NCBI GenBank assembly: GCA_009103225.1
Contig: RHPI01003124.1
Coordinates: 249,757 to 313,756, forward strand
From: Chlorokybus atmophyticus
Taxonomy: Eukaryota > Plantae > Mesostigma and Chlorokybus algae
Direction: 5' to 3'
Length of the DNA: 64,000 nt
The position numbers and the translations under genes were made by a program. Of the stretch, positions 1 to 15,500 are shown piece by piece. Numbering within the stretch: the first letter of the stretch is position 1; every line of letters starts with the position of its first letter. Under the pieces are notes generated by a model. It did no database searches and had not been told where the DNA came from. It saw only the letters and a program-made list of their open reading frames with translations.

Positions 1-255
1 ACTGTCAACAGGATCTGCAAAAAGACAAACACAATAAGAGCTCTCATGCCTGTTATTAGCATGCGTTTGCAGGCAGATGCGAATTCGCAGACGCGCACAC
101 GGGCATGTGCGTGAACACATACACATACACGCGGAAACTGACATGTGCGCATGTCCACGCACATACACACATGTGCGCACGCATACACACGCACGCTTGC
201 GCATGCGCACACATGCACACGTACACAAACACGTACAACACATACCAACACTCAC

Positions 256-775
256 ATCTAGCTCTTTTGCTCGTCGCCTCAGCGAAACCATAGCCTCCTC
301 GTCTTGCGGGACGGTCAGGGCAGGAACGCCTGGCTGGTACAACAAACACCATGAGTAACACCCCCACTTTTCTGCCAACATGATTGCACATACACAACCA
401 CACACGTGCCTTGAATATGCCGGCCTTCTCCCACGCTATCGACGCCAACGTGTTGCCCAACAGAGCCACGTGGTCATACCCGAGCGAGCTCACGCCGCAC
501 ACCAGCGGTTTGTTCACCTGAGAAACAAATCTGACCACAGTCAGATTAACCGCAATGCAAGCACAAGCACAAGCAGCAACAGCAACAGCAACAACAATGA
601 CAGCAACAACAAGTCACACACTATGTTGGTGGCGTCGAGTCGGCCTCCTATGCCGACTTCTAGTATGGCCACGTCCACGCGCTCGGCGTGGAAGATGCGC
701 AGCGCGAGCAGCGTGAGGAAGCGGAAGAACTGCGGCATGCTGTTGGCCTGCCCTTCTTGTTGTTGTTGCTGCTGC

Positions 776-812
<37 letters not shown>

Positions 813-2369
813 GGTCCTTCAGCGCGTCCCAACATGTCCAGAAGTGGGACACAAACAGCTCCTGGAAACCCACACAGGCAGAGAGAGAACACTGTTACTA
901 AAAGCACTTTGTCTAGACAGTCAGTCCTTAGAGAAAGAGCGAGACTGACTCACATGTGGACTTCCACACACAGTGTCACACACACACACACCTCGAACTC
1001 CTCATCCACCAACCCAACATCACTGCAATAAAAACCATCATCCCAACATCATTCTCAACCCTTTTACCTTTGAGATGGGTTGTCCCCCTATCCGGAATCT
1101 TTCCCTCACGTCAACGAGGTGCGGCGACGTGAATAGTGCGGCGCGGCGGTAGCCGCAGCGGAGGAGGACCGACTCGCACATCGCGCAGACGCTGCCCTTG
1201 CCTTTGGTGCCCGCCACATGAATGACGGGGAGAGAAGACAACGCGGGCTGGATATGGGTTAGATGAGATAATTGCAAGCTTGTTGTTGGCTTGTTGGCTG
1301 TGTGCACACGTGCGCACACAGCCAACAAGCCAAGTGCGCATGCACGCACACACGTGCGCGCGTGCATGCGCGAGTGCAGTGGTCTAAATATGGGATGTCT
1401 GCGTTGTGTTTGCTTACTTGTAGGTTGAGGGTTTCGACGTATCGGTGCATGGCGCCAAAGGCGTCGTCCCAGTTGACACCGCCCGAGGCTCTGAGTAGTT
1501 GTTGTGCAAACTTACTCAGTGATAGTAACATGATGATGAGGGACACGCTGGTGATGCACATGCATGCATGCTTGCTTGGCTCGGTGTTGCTGAAAATGGT
1601 GCATATGCTGAGATTGGCATGCCGGAGGTTGTGTGACTCAGATCAACACACTGGTGGTATGTATGAATGCGTGCACGCGCGTGTGCACGTGTGTGCACCT
1701 AAGCGCGTGTGTACGTGTGCACGCGCGCATGTGCAAATGAAAGTAACTGGGTGCCCAGTTAACCGCTGCCCTTCCGACTATGTGTCAACCCCTTGCAGAT
1801 GAGCACATTTGACATTTGTCTTCGTTCGCTTTACTTGTCAATCGCATTAGTCATCAAGATATAGCTTTTGTAACCTTGGTGCCCAGTCCTCTCTCTTTTG
1901 TAGGCTGTCTACACGGGACTATGCAAGTAGTCATCAAACGGACAACGCCTTGCAACTTGCGCGTATAGGTTCTGTGCAACTCAAGGTTACCACGACACTT
2001 GAAACACTCAAGTTTCACCATCACGGTGTTAATCACAAACACTTGCCTTGATTTGCCGGAGATGAGCGTTCCAGCCGCCTCCACCGCCGCCTCATACGAC
2101 CTGTCCTGGTGGTGCACATTGCTCCCGCCGCCGCCACTGCCGCCGCCGGCAGGAGCCGGGGAGTCCGACATGGGAGCTGCGGAGGAGGAGGAGGAGGAGG
2201 AGGAGGAGGAGGAGGAGCGTGCGTGGCAGAGGTGGCTCCGCCGGCAAGGCACCGACACCAAGGGCCACACCGTCGCCGTCCTCCAGGCTGCCGCCCTCCC
2301 CAACACCAACGCCGCCGCCTGCATGTATCCTGCTTGTGAAGCTGGACAGCAGTGTTGGCGTTGTAGCAA
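256..2369 (-). CDS. FPGS: Folylpolyglutamate synthase (organellar-type N-terminal extension), multi-exon; 3' part continues beyond the left edge
   Basis: Exons encode [20 protein letters not shown] (P-loop), [59 protein letters not shown] and [10 protein letters not shown]. Exons approx. 2369-2047, 1490-1418, 1247-1068, ~861-622, ~516-409, ~347-256. The start could be at 2369 or at the downstream ATG (MQAAAL...). Confidence 0.93.
757..813 (-). repeat. (CAA/CAG)19 coding microsatellite giving a polyglutamine run inside FPGS
   Basis: The + strand reads ttg/ctg repeats; the in-frame translation is WDALKD-Q19[15 protein letters not shown]. Confidence 0.9.
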
Positions 2370-2850
2370 TCAACGCGTTGCATGCATACGCATTGCTAAT
2401 GACGACTATGTTGAGATATAACGTACACCAGTGTGACAACTTGCATGCAGTGCACGTCGTAACGTCAAACTGTAAACATCTTGAATGCAGCACGCCAAAC
2501 ATCTCAAGTAAGCGTGTAGCATGCCCAGGATTATAACTTAGATCTACAACTCTGACGCAATGACAAGGTTACGCCACATTACATGACATGTGTACTGTGT
2601 GTCTCACTTTGTGGGTGGGACAGCCATTGCCCCATGCGTGACTCGCAGCTATGGCATACACTGTGGAAATGCAAGGCAGTGCATGTCCAATTTCAGCAAC
2701 CATGGGTGCTATGACAGTGCTTACTACAAAACTCTAGAATGCGCTACTGATTCTTCACTGAAATCTGCAATCGCCCCATTAACGCCGCCCCTCAGCGTGA
2801 GACAACCGCAGCACTGGTTGCAATACCATGGGTATTCTATGGGCAAATTA

Positions 2851-4828
2851 CTAGTCAAAGCTAACATCCTCATCCTCATCATCGTCATCGTCATTGCCGA
2901 CATCTCCACCATCTTCACTGTCAGAGGGCAGAGAATACCTGTAGCACACAACTCAGCATTTGTTGTGCATGGCAGGTGCGGGACTGCAAGTCACACATAC
3001 GTAAATAAAAACGGTGCCTGCTAGACAATCTGCGCATGGTGATGTACAATCCCCAAGTGTCCTCACCTTGGTCGCGGTTTGGCAGCTACTCGCTGCGATA
3101 TGCGTACAGGGTGTTCTGCAGCGTCTTCCTCTTCACTGGTTTGCGCAGGAGGCGCACTCTTTCGCCGCTCGGCTTGTTTCTGCGGTGTTCTCCTGGGAGT
3201 GACAGGTGTTGCTTTCTTCGGCGTTTGGCGCTTGGGCTTGGGCTTAAGCTCAATGTCCTGCTTGTCCTCCTCGGGTTCTTCAGCCTCAATGTGATCATCA
3301 TGCACCTCGTCTTCAGAGGAACTCTCTGAGTGCTCCATGTACCTACAAAACGCCACCACCACAGGATTCACACCACTGTGCGCAAGCAAGAGCATTACTG
3401 CGTGTGCATGTGTCCGATGTATGTCCCATGCAAACTGCGAGGTGTCGAGAATATGATGTATCAACTACCAACCACACTCACTTTGGCCGATCCTGGGCTG
3501 TTGCCCGTTTGGATGCTCGGACAGGCTGTTCCGGTGCAGTGTTTGCACCATCTTGATGTTCATCCGCGTCATCTATACCTACTGGGTGCTCACCAGCCTG
3601 CTCAGCAGCCACTTCTGTGTGCACAGCTGCTGAAGCCTTCTCCGCTCGCGCACCTGCAGTGAAGTCCACATCTTTGTGTAGGCGCTGGTCCTGTGACAGA
3701 GCAGCAATCAATCAGCAGTTGCCAAACTTGACCTGCACAAGTCGCTACCAACTTACACGCAGATGCTGAGGCAGAGGGAGCCGGTGTTCATCAGGGTTGG
3801 CCTCCTTTGTGCCTATCCACCACGCTTCTGCAAACACAACCTGTGCGGTCAAGTTGTCGAGTTGTTGACAGCGTGCAATGCAAGGCTGCTATGACAATAG
3901 CTGCCTACCACGCTCTCAAATACATCCTCGCATACGATGCTACTGCGTGCGATCTGCAGTGACAGGTAGCGGTTCTTCGGGTACACAATGGTTCCAAAGA
4001 GTTTGAGCCTGCCCTGCAGACCGTTATCAGTCAGTGCAGATATGCTGCATTGCCTCAACTGCCCCATATTTCAAAAGAAGACCATGATCATTGCTAAGCG
4101 ACTGTATGTAGCCAAAACAAACAGATGGAATCATAGGTGAAGTGCTCTTGCAACAAGCGACTTACCTCAGGAAAATCCATATACAGTACAGGGTTCTTTG
4201 AGTCCAGCTGGGCAAGCGTGCCCAGCTTACCACCGCCAACAGGTGCCAGCAAACCCGGAAAGGAAAATAGGTACTTGCTTTTGCGCAATACACCTTTCTT
4301 TATAATGTCCTTGCCATTGGCACGCCGCAATGCTGCAGGTGGAAGCTTAACTATGGATTGTCGACAAGCTAGCCACGCATATAATGCCTTTCTGCAGCAA
4401 CTGTCGCAATTACTGTGCAAGCTCGTGTAAAGCTTAACATGCAGTCATGCATGCAGCCATGCACGCCAACATACTTCATGCTTGCTTGTAGGCCTGAATG
4501 CATAGACACAGCTACATCTCAAACCAAGTTGCATGCAATGCGCCTTTGGGGTGCCATGTTCAGAGCAGGATGCTGCCAGTGGTCAAACATGCACACAAAC
4601 CAATGCAACATGCAGTCCGTCCTTGTTCTTACCTTTGGACGGACGGAGCTTGCCATTGGCATGTGCTGGTTGACGGGAAAGAGCTCCAACAGAGCATGCC
4701 ACACGGCAAAGCCTCTCACTCTCAGTTTGTGCCCGAGCCGCTGCCTCATCCAGGACAGGCTCATCGCCGTCAGCGGCAGCTTTGCGTTTGCGTGATGCCG
4801 TAGGCCCAGCTGCTGCTTTGGGCGCCAT
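2851..4828 (-). CDS. RHL1: DNA-binding protein RHL1 (ROOT HAIRLESS 1, topoisomerase VI accessory subunit) homologue, multi-exon
   Basis: KSKYLFSFPGLLAP...KNPVLYMDFPE|GRLKLFGTIVYPKNRYLSLQ...CEDVFE matches the plant RHL1 core. ATG at 4828 (MAPKAAAG). The last exon RYSLPSDSEDG...DVSFD ends at TAG 2851-2853. Confidence 0.88.
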
Positions 4829-7576
<2,748 letters not shown>

Positions 7577-9594
7577 ATTGATAGTCGTGCAGCAGTTGGC
7601 TTGTGCTGCAGTAATGTGGGTAGACTATTGTGTAGCGAGCTATGTACAGTTGCAATGAAGTCGCATTGCTTTTAACATCAGCCTCCCAATATTCTGTGTT
7701 AGGTGTCCTTGCGAGGATCCTGAGCAGTATGTATGGCAGCATTTGCGTTGTACGCGTTTGTGTGTGAATGTAGGCAGTTGCCATCAAGTCTGGACAGGTT
7801 ACTAGTTGTCACATTTTCTCGAAGCAACAGGGTTGGAGTCTCGGCTTTGGATAGAGGCTGGTGCAGGTGCAGAGTAGTAGTGCATGAGTAGATATGGGCA
7901 GGTTGTCAGTTAGCTGACATGGCAGTAGATGTAGTATGCTCATAGAAGTGAGGTTGAAGTGACATGTGTCCTTGGAAACTACGGCAATGTGCATTCGTAC
8001 GCAACATTCTATGCCTCCTTGTCACCAATGAATGTGGAAACCCTCACTGTATGCATGAGTGTGTCTTTATCTGTGCGCACACCTTCTTCTACCACCCGTG
8101 CTGCCGACGGTGTGTGCCACTATGCATGTACAATTTGCGTTTTGTATTGTTTGTCCATACCAATCACGCATGCAACAAAGTGGGCATATCTATGGTGATT
8201 ATGTATGGGTTACAAATCGAAGTCATCAAGTGCCCACACGCATGCTCACTTGCAAACACACAACAAGCTAGCAAGAACCACCAACACCTATTGTACAACA
8301 ACAATCATTACATGCAGCACCGGTACCTATCATATACCACCAAGTGCCCTTATGTGCGGTGCAATGCAAGTGTCGAGCAGGAGGTAGTAGCAGCCAACCC
8401 ACATGTGAATTACAGGCATGTATGTCCGAGCACCCTGTACCCATGAGATGCGGTCAATCAACACACACACACACATAGGAAGACTTACTACACCAAGGGG
8501 GTATAGTTGCAGCTTAACCTATCTTACCCTCACCTAGCTATGGGTATGCGTGTATGCAATGTGTGCGTGCAATGTTGGTGCAGTAGGAGCATGGGCAAAC
8601 CAAACGGACAACCTGCAGGCTTGTAGAGAGCGTGTCAGGCCTGCGAAGCTTGCAGCGTGGTGGAATGAAATGGAATGTAGTGGAATGATTGCGTGCTGTG
8701 CTTTGTAGGTGTGTGCTGCCCCTCACAGCCTCTACTATCCCTCGTACACAACCCATGTCAAGCATAGACGTAGCACATCATGCAGCTAGCCTAGGCACAG
8801 GCGCTATCTACCTACGCAAGTGCCGCGCCCGCCTACGTGGTCGGGGGGGTGCATGCTGCCGCATGCGTCAACCGAAATGCACTCTCAAGACTTAACGGTG
8901 CTTGTAAGTGAAATCCACACTAAAAGGTGTGGACATCCAAGTACATGCCAAGTTTGCATCAATGTGACGGTTATGTCCATCACGTAAGCCGCATAGTGCA
9001 ACTGGCTGATGGATACTGTCCTGGTGTGCACATGCCATTTTACTCCAACCATAATACGCATGCAACAAAAACAAGATGGTTAGACAAAAATTTGCTATAG
9101 AAGTACAAAGCTTCACAGCCAGAACTCGGCTTCAGCATACACCGCTCGAGTGAATGACCCTGACAAGTATACAAATGTGTGGTCGTCCTAATCGTCAGTT
9201 CGAGTCAGTCAGTCAGGGCCTAAGCTCTCCCTCCCCCTCTGTGCCCACGCCATAGTCTGCAGGTACAGCTACTGCGCCTGCTATCGGCAACATTCCCAAC
9301 ATTGGTTTGCACTTGGCACCAGCCAGCCCCCTTAGCGTTAGGGTTTACATCAAATGCAGGACATGCATTTGTGTTTGAAACTGCCTGTTCTGCGTGGAGT
9401 GTGCATAATGGATTGATGTGTGCTTGCTTGTGTGTGCTTCTATTGGGGGACCCTCTGTTTTATTATATACAACTTGCCTTATTGTGTGATGTTACATAAT
9501 GGCTTGATGTCACGTGAGGCTATGCATAAGTACTATCACGAATATCACCTACAAAGCTATACTACAACAAATGGGTGTATGTGTCAGATTGTTC

Positions 9595-12500
9595 CTACAA
9601 CACAAAAACCCTGTCGGTGGGGTACACAATGGCCTCCTTCTCTGGATTGACCACGACATAGGGCATGCGGCCAACACCGCTCTCTTGCCCGCTGCGCAGG
9701 AGCGCAATCGGAAGCAACCGTTGCGAATTGAGGTACCTGAACAAATCACGGAAGGTGCCGCGGCGATCGGGGTGCCGGAATGCTCCTGGCAAAGGCACCT
9801 GCAGGAGAGAAAATGTACTACTACTACTTCGGGCACAACAGAGTTCATGGCCACATAATCACACAAGCAGCACACATCATACCTGCCGGATGCGGCTGCC
9901 ATGACTCACGCGCGCCTCAGCGCCTTGCATCCGAAGCCCCGCTCCCCTGCAAAACGGGAATGCTAGGTGTTCATCCAAGTCTTCTTTCATCACGTATATC
10001 AGTGCAGCTATGCCATGTGTTCACTACATAGCACCATCACTCTGAACAAGCAGCACATGCATATACAATCAATCACAAGTACCGGAACTCTGCAGCGAGG
10101 GAGGGGTCTTGACTCGTCTCAGCTTGCTTTGCCCTGTGGTTTGTGGCATGGAGTTGTGTACTTACACTTGATTTCAAAGACAGCATCAACTTTGAATGGA
10201 CCAAAGAGGATTCAATTCACTGGTGCTTTGCACGCAATTGTGGGTATTTACGCTTGCGCTTACACTTGACTTGAATGAGGGCATCAATGTTGAAAGGACA
10301 TACGAGGACTCGGTTCACTTCCTGTGTCATTCACTCAGCAAGCGTCACTTGCCTGGTCTCGAGTAGGGACTCGTCGATGCCCAGCAACACGCGCAGTATG
10401 TGACCCAGATGTGGATTGTAATAATTCTGGCACAGCAGCTTGTCTGTCGTGACAGGGTTGTACACCATACCCGCCGCGAACATCGCCCTCGCGTGCCCAT
10501 TGTACATCTCACCTGAAGCAACAGCATGAGTGACCCAACAGACAAACCAACCACAGCCCTTGCATTGCACATCATATGGCCCACATTGTGAACGTTACCA
10601 TTGATGTCATCCGAAGATGAAGTGTTGGCAATCTCCGCGAGGTACTTCACGCTGTCGGGTCGTTGCAGCTCCACCGTGATGTGTGGCTTTGGGTGCGGTA
10701 TGTGACTCGACACCTCCAAGAAAGTCTGCAGCTCTAGGTACTTCAGTATAGCCTGCGTGTCAGATCGCATGACAAGGGCTTGGTACCGAGTAACATGGGC
10801 AGTCCTGCAGTCCTTTCCATAGAGTACAAGCGTGACATGCACAGCCTCAGCCTTAGCCTTTCAATGTTGTAGCTGTGACCATACAGTAGTGTGTGGCACG
10901 CTGGCATACGACACTATACTCACGGACATGCCCACGCGGCACACAGCACCCAACCATACAAAGCCTTACACATGCACACGGACACCCACCCACCCACCCA
11001 CACATCACCAACCACTGACACAAGTCCACACTCCCATCTCCTCACCAAGTCATCCACTCTGTCGCAATCATCATCCCCGTCCGGTTCCGCCAGTATCACC
11101 ACGTGCGCGGCGAACCTCACTCTCGCTCTGGCCAGGTCCTCGATGTTGAGCGGGCTGCCCGCCACGAAGCGCACCTCGGGGAAGGACTCCACGACGCTGT
11201 CGGCGTCCGGGTGGATGGTGGAGTCGAGGATCAACACGACGCGGGCGGGCTGCTCGGAAGACGTGGCTTGGAGGGGACGTAGAAACGCCAGGAGATTGCT
11301 GCATGGCAGGAATGCGTGCAAGCATGCGTGTGTCTGTATGCGTGCATGTGCATGTGCATGTGCGGGTTCAGGGTTTATGTGTGCATGCGGATGTACACGC
11401 GTGTGCGTGTGCATGTGTGTACGTGTATGTGTAGTCATATGTGCATGCGTGCATGTCACCACATATAGCTGCAAGCATATATGTGCGCATTTGCACTGTG
11501 CGCGCCAGCACATGTATTTGCAGCACGTGTACACGGTTGTGGTTGGCCAATGCAGCTGCTCACAGGTGCGATGCACTTGTTTTGGGTGAAATTCTCCAAG
11601 GCAACGTCATGATTATGCAACAACTGACCTTGGCGTGCCGAACACTACAACATGGTTCTTCAGCTCCGGCGAGTCCTGCTGCTTCAAAGTCTGCTGCCTC
11701 TCAAGAATCTTCTCTTCAGGCAGCTGCCAGACGGCGTTGCTGGCCTGCATCGCTTGCCTGAACTCCTCATGCACCTGCGTGGTTCACGTGGTATCATTGA
11801 TGATGGGTAAGATGATGAAAGTCGCATGAGTGATCGTGCGACGTGATGTTGATGAAGGTGAAGGTGACCTTGGTCTCGTCGTTGTGGAAGTCCTCCAGCA
11901 GACCCATGGGAAGGTTGGCCATGATGGTCTGGAGCTCGGCCACGTCCTGCGCGATGACGTACGCCACATCGCCGGGCTTCACAATGTACCCTTGAAGCAA
12001 GCAACAAGTGCCATGCACATCAGCTTCACGTGTCCAACGCACGTGGGCGCACACCCCACGCATGCACGCACGTTTGCATGCAGACACACGCGCGCGCACG
12101 TGTGCACATGCTCGCACATGCACACGCACACGCACATACATGCGCCCACACCCACACCCACACCCGCACGCGCACGCCCGCACGCACACACGCACAAACT
12201 AACAGAGAGACATGCACACATGAATGTACCTGTTGCAGGGAACATGTGTACTTCAACCGATCCATACTCCGAGTTGCCCGTCTCGATGGCGAACGTGACG
12301 ACGCCGGCCGCGCGGTACGTCGCGGCAATGACGGACTGGAGGTTCAGACCGTACAAACAGGGAGGCAGTTGCCACCGGTACACCTCTTGCGTCGCACCCT
12401 GGATAGAAGAAGAAACAATATCTGATACAACACAACATGACTACTACTACAAGAGAATCTCAATCTCACCAACATATCGATGCTACAGTTGAGATAGTAA

Positions 12501-15500
12501 GCAGTTGAAAGGCACACACCTCAGACTATACAGACAGCAAAACCAGTGTGTTTGAGATAGAGTGTGTCATATACACACCTCCATGCAATGCAACGCTTGA
12601 AGCACACGAGTAGTACACATACACAGCCGTGTACACGCCCCATGCAACTGTGTCCCTATCCACAGCTTCACCACAACCACATCACACCACCAACTACCAA
12701 CAATCACCCCACCTTCAGATACTCGATCCACCACGGCGCCGCCGCTTCCATCGAGTCCGACGGGACCGAGTACGACGCCTGCGAGGCCAGCAGGTTGTAG
12801 ATGAGGGGGATGACGCCCGGAGCCGCGGTGTTGGAGGCGAGGAGGACCAGCTTGAACTCTTGCACGCAGATGATGTTGTCGGCGCGGAGCGCAAGGTGCT
12901 GCGAGAGAAAGGAATCGTTGAAACTACAGTTGTGAGATGAGACAGTCGCACATAGGCTCTGCTCTGCCAAGTAGTTGTAGTAGTGACACACGCGGTGTCG
13001 TGCGTGCACACAATCTGGTATTGTTTTATCCGTTAGCGACGCAAGAATTGTACGGGTTTCTTCTTTCAAATAACTCTGTATCATCAACGGTTCGTTACCA
13101 AGTAGGAGGCGGTGTTGAGCTGCATGACGACGGGGACCTCCGGGCTGAACTGCTTCACGGCGATGAGGCGCAGCAGCGCGCTCACGTCGCGCTTCTTCAG
13201 GGCCGTCAGGCCACCCTATGACAAACCACTTGTTTACGCACGTCGACAATACTGTACCCTGCCTATGTGTGGTTGTCACACACGTGCACGCACACGTACA
13301 CACGTGCACGCACACGCGCGCGCACGCTGTGATGCATCACGGACACAGCGTGCGTTCATGTGCGCGTCAAACACCCACCCACACGCAGACACACGGGTGC
13401 GCGCGCGCACGCACGTGCACACACACAACGATCGCAAGTCCAATCAGAGAGGTCAATGTACACTGTATATAAATGCATGCACACATGCACGCGTGTACAT
13501 GCACGCTCATCCAGAGCAACCCTGGCTGTGTTAAGAAAGTCCTGCATCATCATGTTTGTTTGCCGGTGATGGCGTGCAGCACACACGTGATGATAGGCAC
13601 ACCTGCGGGTGCTCGTCGTTGAGTATGAACACCGCGTCGGCGTCCTGCACTCGCGCGCGATGCAAGTCGCGCTCCACACTCGCCGAGCTGTCACCCCAAC
13701 AGATAGGTTTACACACCAGTGCAGCATGCATGAAGGAGATGTGCGTTGCTCCTCTATTGTTGTCGGTTGAAAGTGTGTGTCTGTGCGCTCACCCTTGCAG
13801 GTACTTGACCTTTTTCATGAAGCGCTTCTCCGCCAACAGCAGCTGCATGATTGAGTAACATTTGCCGTGTTGATAACATTTCTTTGCACAATTGTTTTTG
13901 ATATTGTTGCGAATATGTATACCTCAAGTTCATCAGGCGGCGGCTGTTCTCCAAGAAGGATACTTATTATGCCGTGTGGTCCGTGATCTGCGCATCGCAC
14001 ACACGTATATGTGTTGTCGTACACACGTACACACGTGCACGTGCCGGGGACTGCACAGTTTACGTGGACATACGCACAAAGTACCCCTCATTGCTAGGCA
14101 GACATATGCCATGCACTACATGATACACACCAACTCGAGCACAACATTGCAACACGGACGGTCATACATGTGATGTTGCAGTCAATGCACAAGTGCTGCG
14201 ACTAACCAGGGTGGTAGAACTCTTCCAAAAATGACGCCATCTTGTTAGCTTTCAGCTCCCCTGCATTTTAACATGGATGGACGTGTTACATGGATCTACA
14301 GAAGCTGCTGAAACTACTCAATGCAAACATAGGCACACGCACGCACGGATACACATGCACACACGCGCAAACACACAAACCCATTATGACGATGTGCTCC
14401 GTGCGCTGTATGTGCCGCGTCAAGAAGTTCTTGCCCGGCGGCTGATAAGACCCTCCCCACTTCTTACGCAGCAACACCAAGCTGTGTGCATGTTATGTCA
14501 ATCCCCATAATAACTGTGACACAACATCGCCACACACGTGCACACGCACCCACCCACACACACCTCACTAGTTCAGATAGAAGGGCCGAGAACAGCGCGA
14601 TGCCCGCAACGATGAGGAAGCACACGACGATCTGTCCGACGACGCCCTTGGGGCTGATGTCGCCGTACCCCACCGTCGCCATCGTCACCACGCAGTAGTA
14701 CACCGCGTTGTGGTAGTAGAAGTGGCTCGAGCTCGGCTCGGGGGAGTTCTGAGCAAAGCACAGACAAGAGTATGTGTGTGATTCGTGTAGAAGAGAACAT
14801 TAAAGATTGCTCCAGAGGTGTGGAGCAATGACAGACATCGCGAATGGCAAATACAATCGTGCGCACGTGTGTATGTGTCTGTTCGTGGGTGTATCTATGT
14901 TGATGCGCAAACAGTCATACCATAACCACATGTGTTTGCAGAAGAGCGCGTTTTACACGCACACGCCACATGCACACGCACACATGCATGCATGCAAGTA
15001 CGCGAGCATGCGCACAAGCATGCAGCACACACATGTACACGGGTACAGACGCACTACACACGCACGCATGCACGCATGCGTTCGAACAGACACCATGCGC
15101 ATACGCTCTGTATGCACATGCAAGTACATGCATGCGCGGCTCGCATGCAGGCATGACACTATGTCAACAATGTGTCGACATTCGTGTGCAGGACTCTCTC
15201 TCACCAGTCCCATCGCGGTGCCGAGTATCTCCTGCAGCGTGAGTATGTACGCGGCGGTCATGAGGATGATGATCACCATGCACAGCATCATGAACCCGAG
15301 CTTCTTGAAGCGGTGGCGCTTACTTCGAGACCGGATCGTCGCGTTGGGAACCTGCGATCACAAAGTTTTGCCATCACTTATCACAGCACGCACGCACGCC
15401 CAGTGAACACGTACTGTCACAGATTGCAGTACACAGTAGGTAGCACATTGTGTACGTATATACCAACACATGGTGACCCAATTGAAAGCATCAACTACTA

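Noticed and set aside
9190-9215. GTTCGAGTC box-B-like motif suggesting a tRNA or SINE
   Set aside because: There is no cloverleaf, box A or acceptor stem around it.
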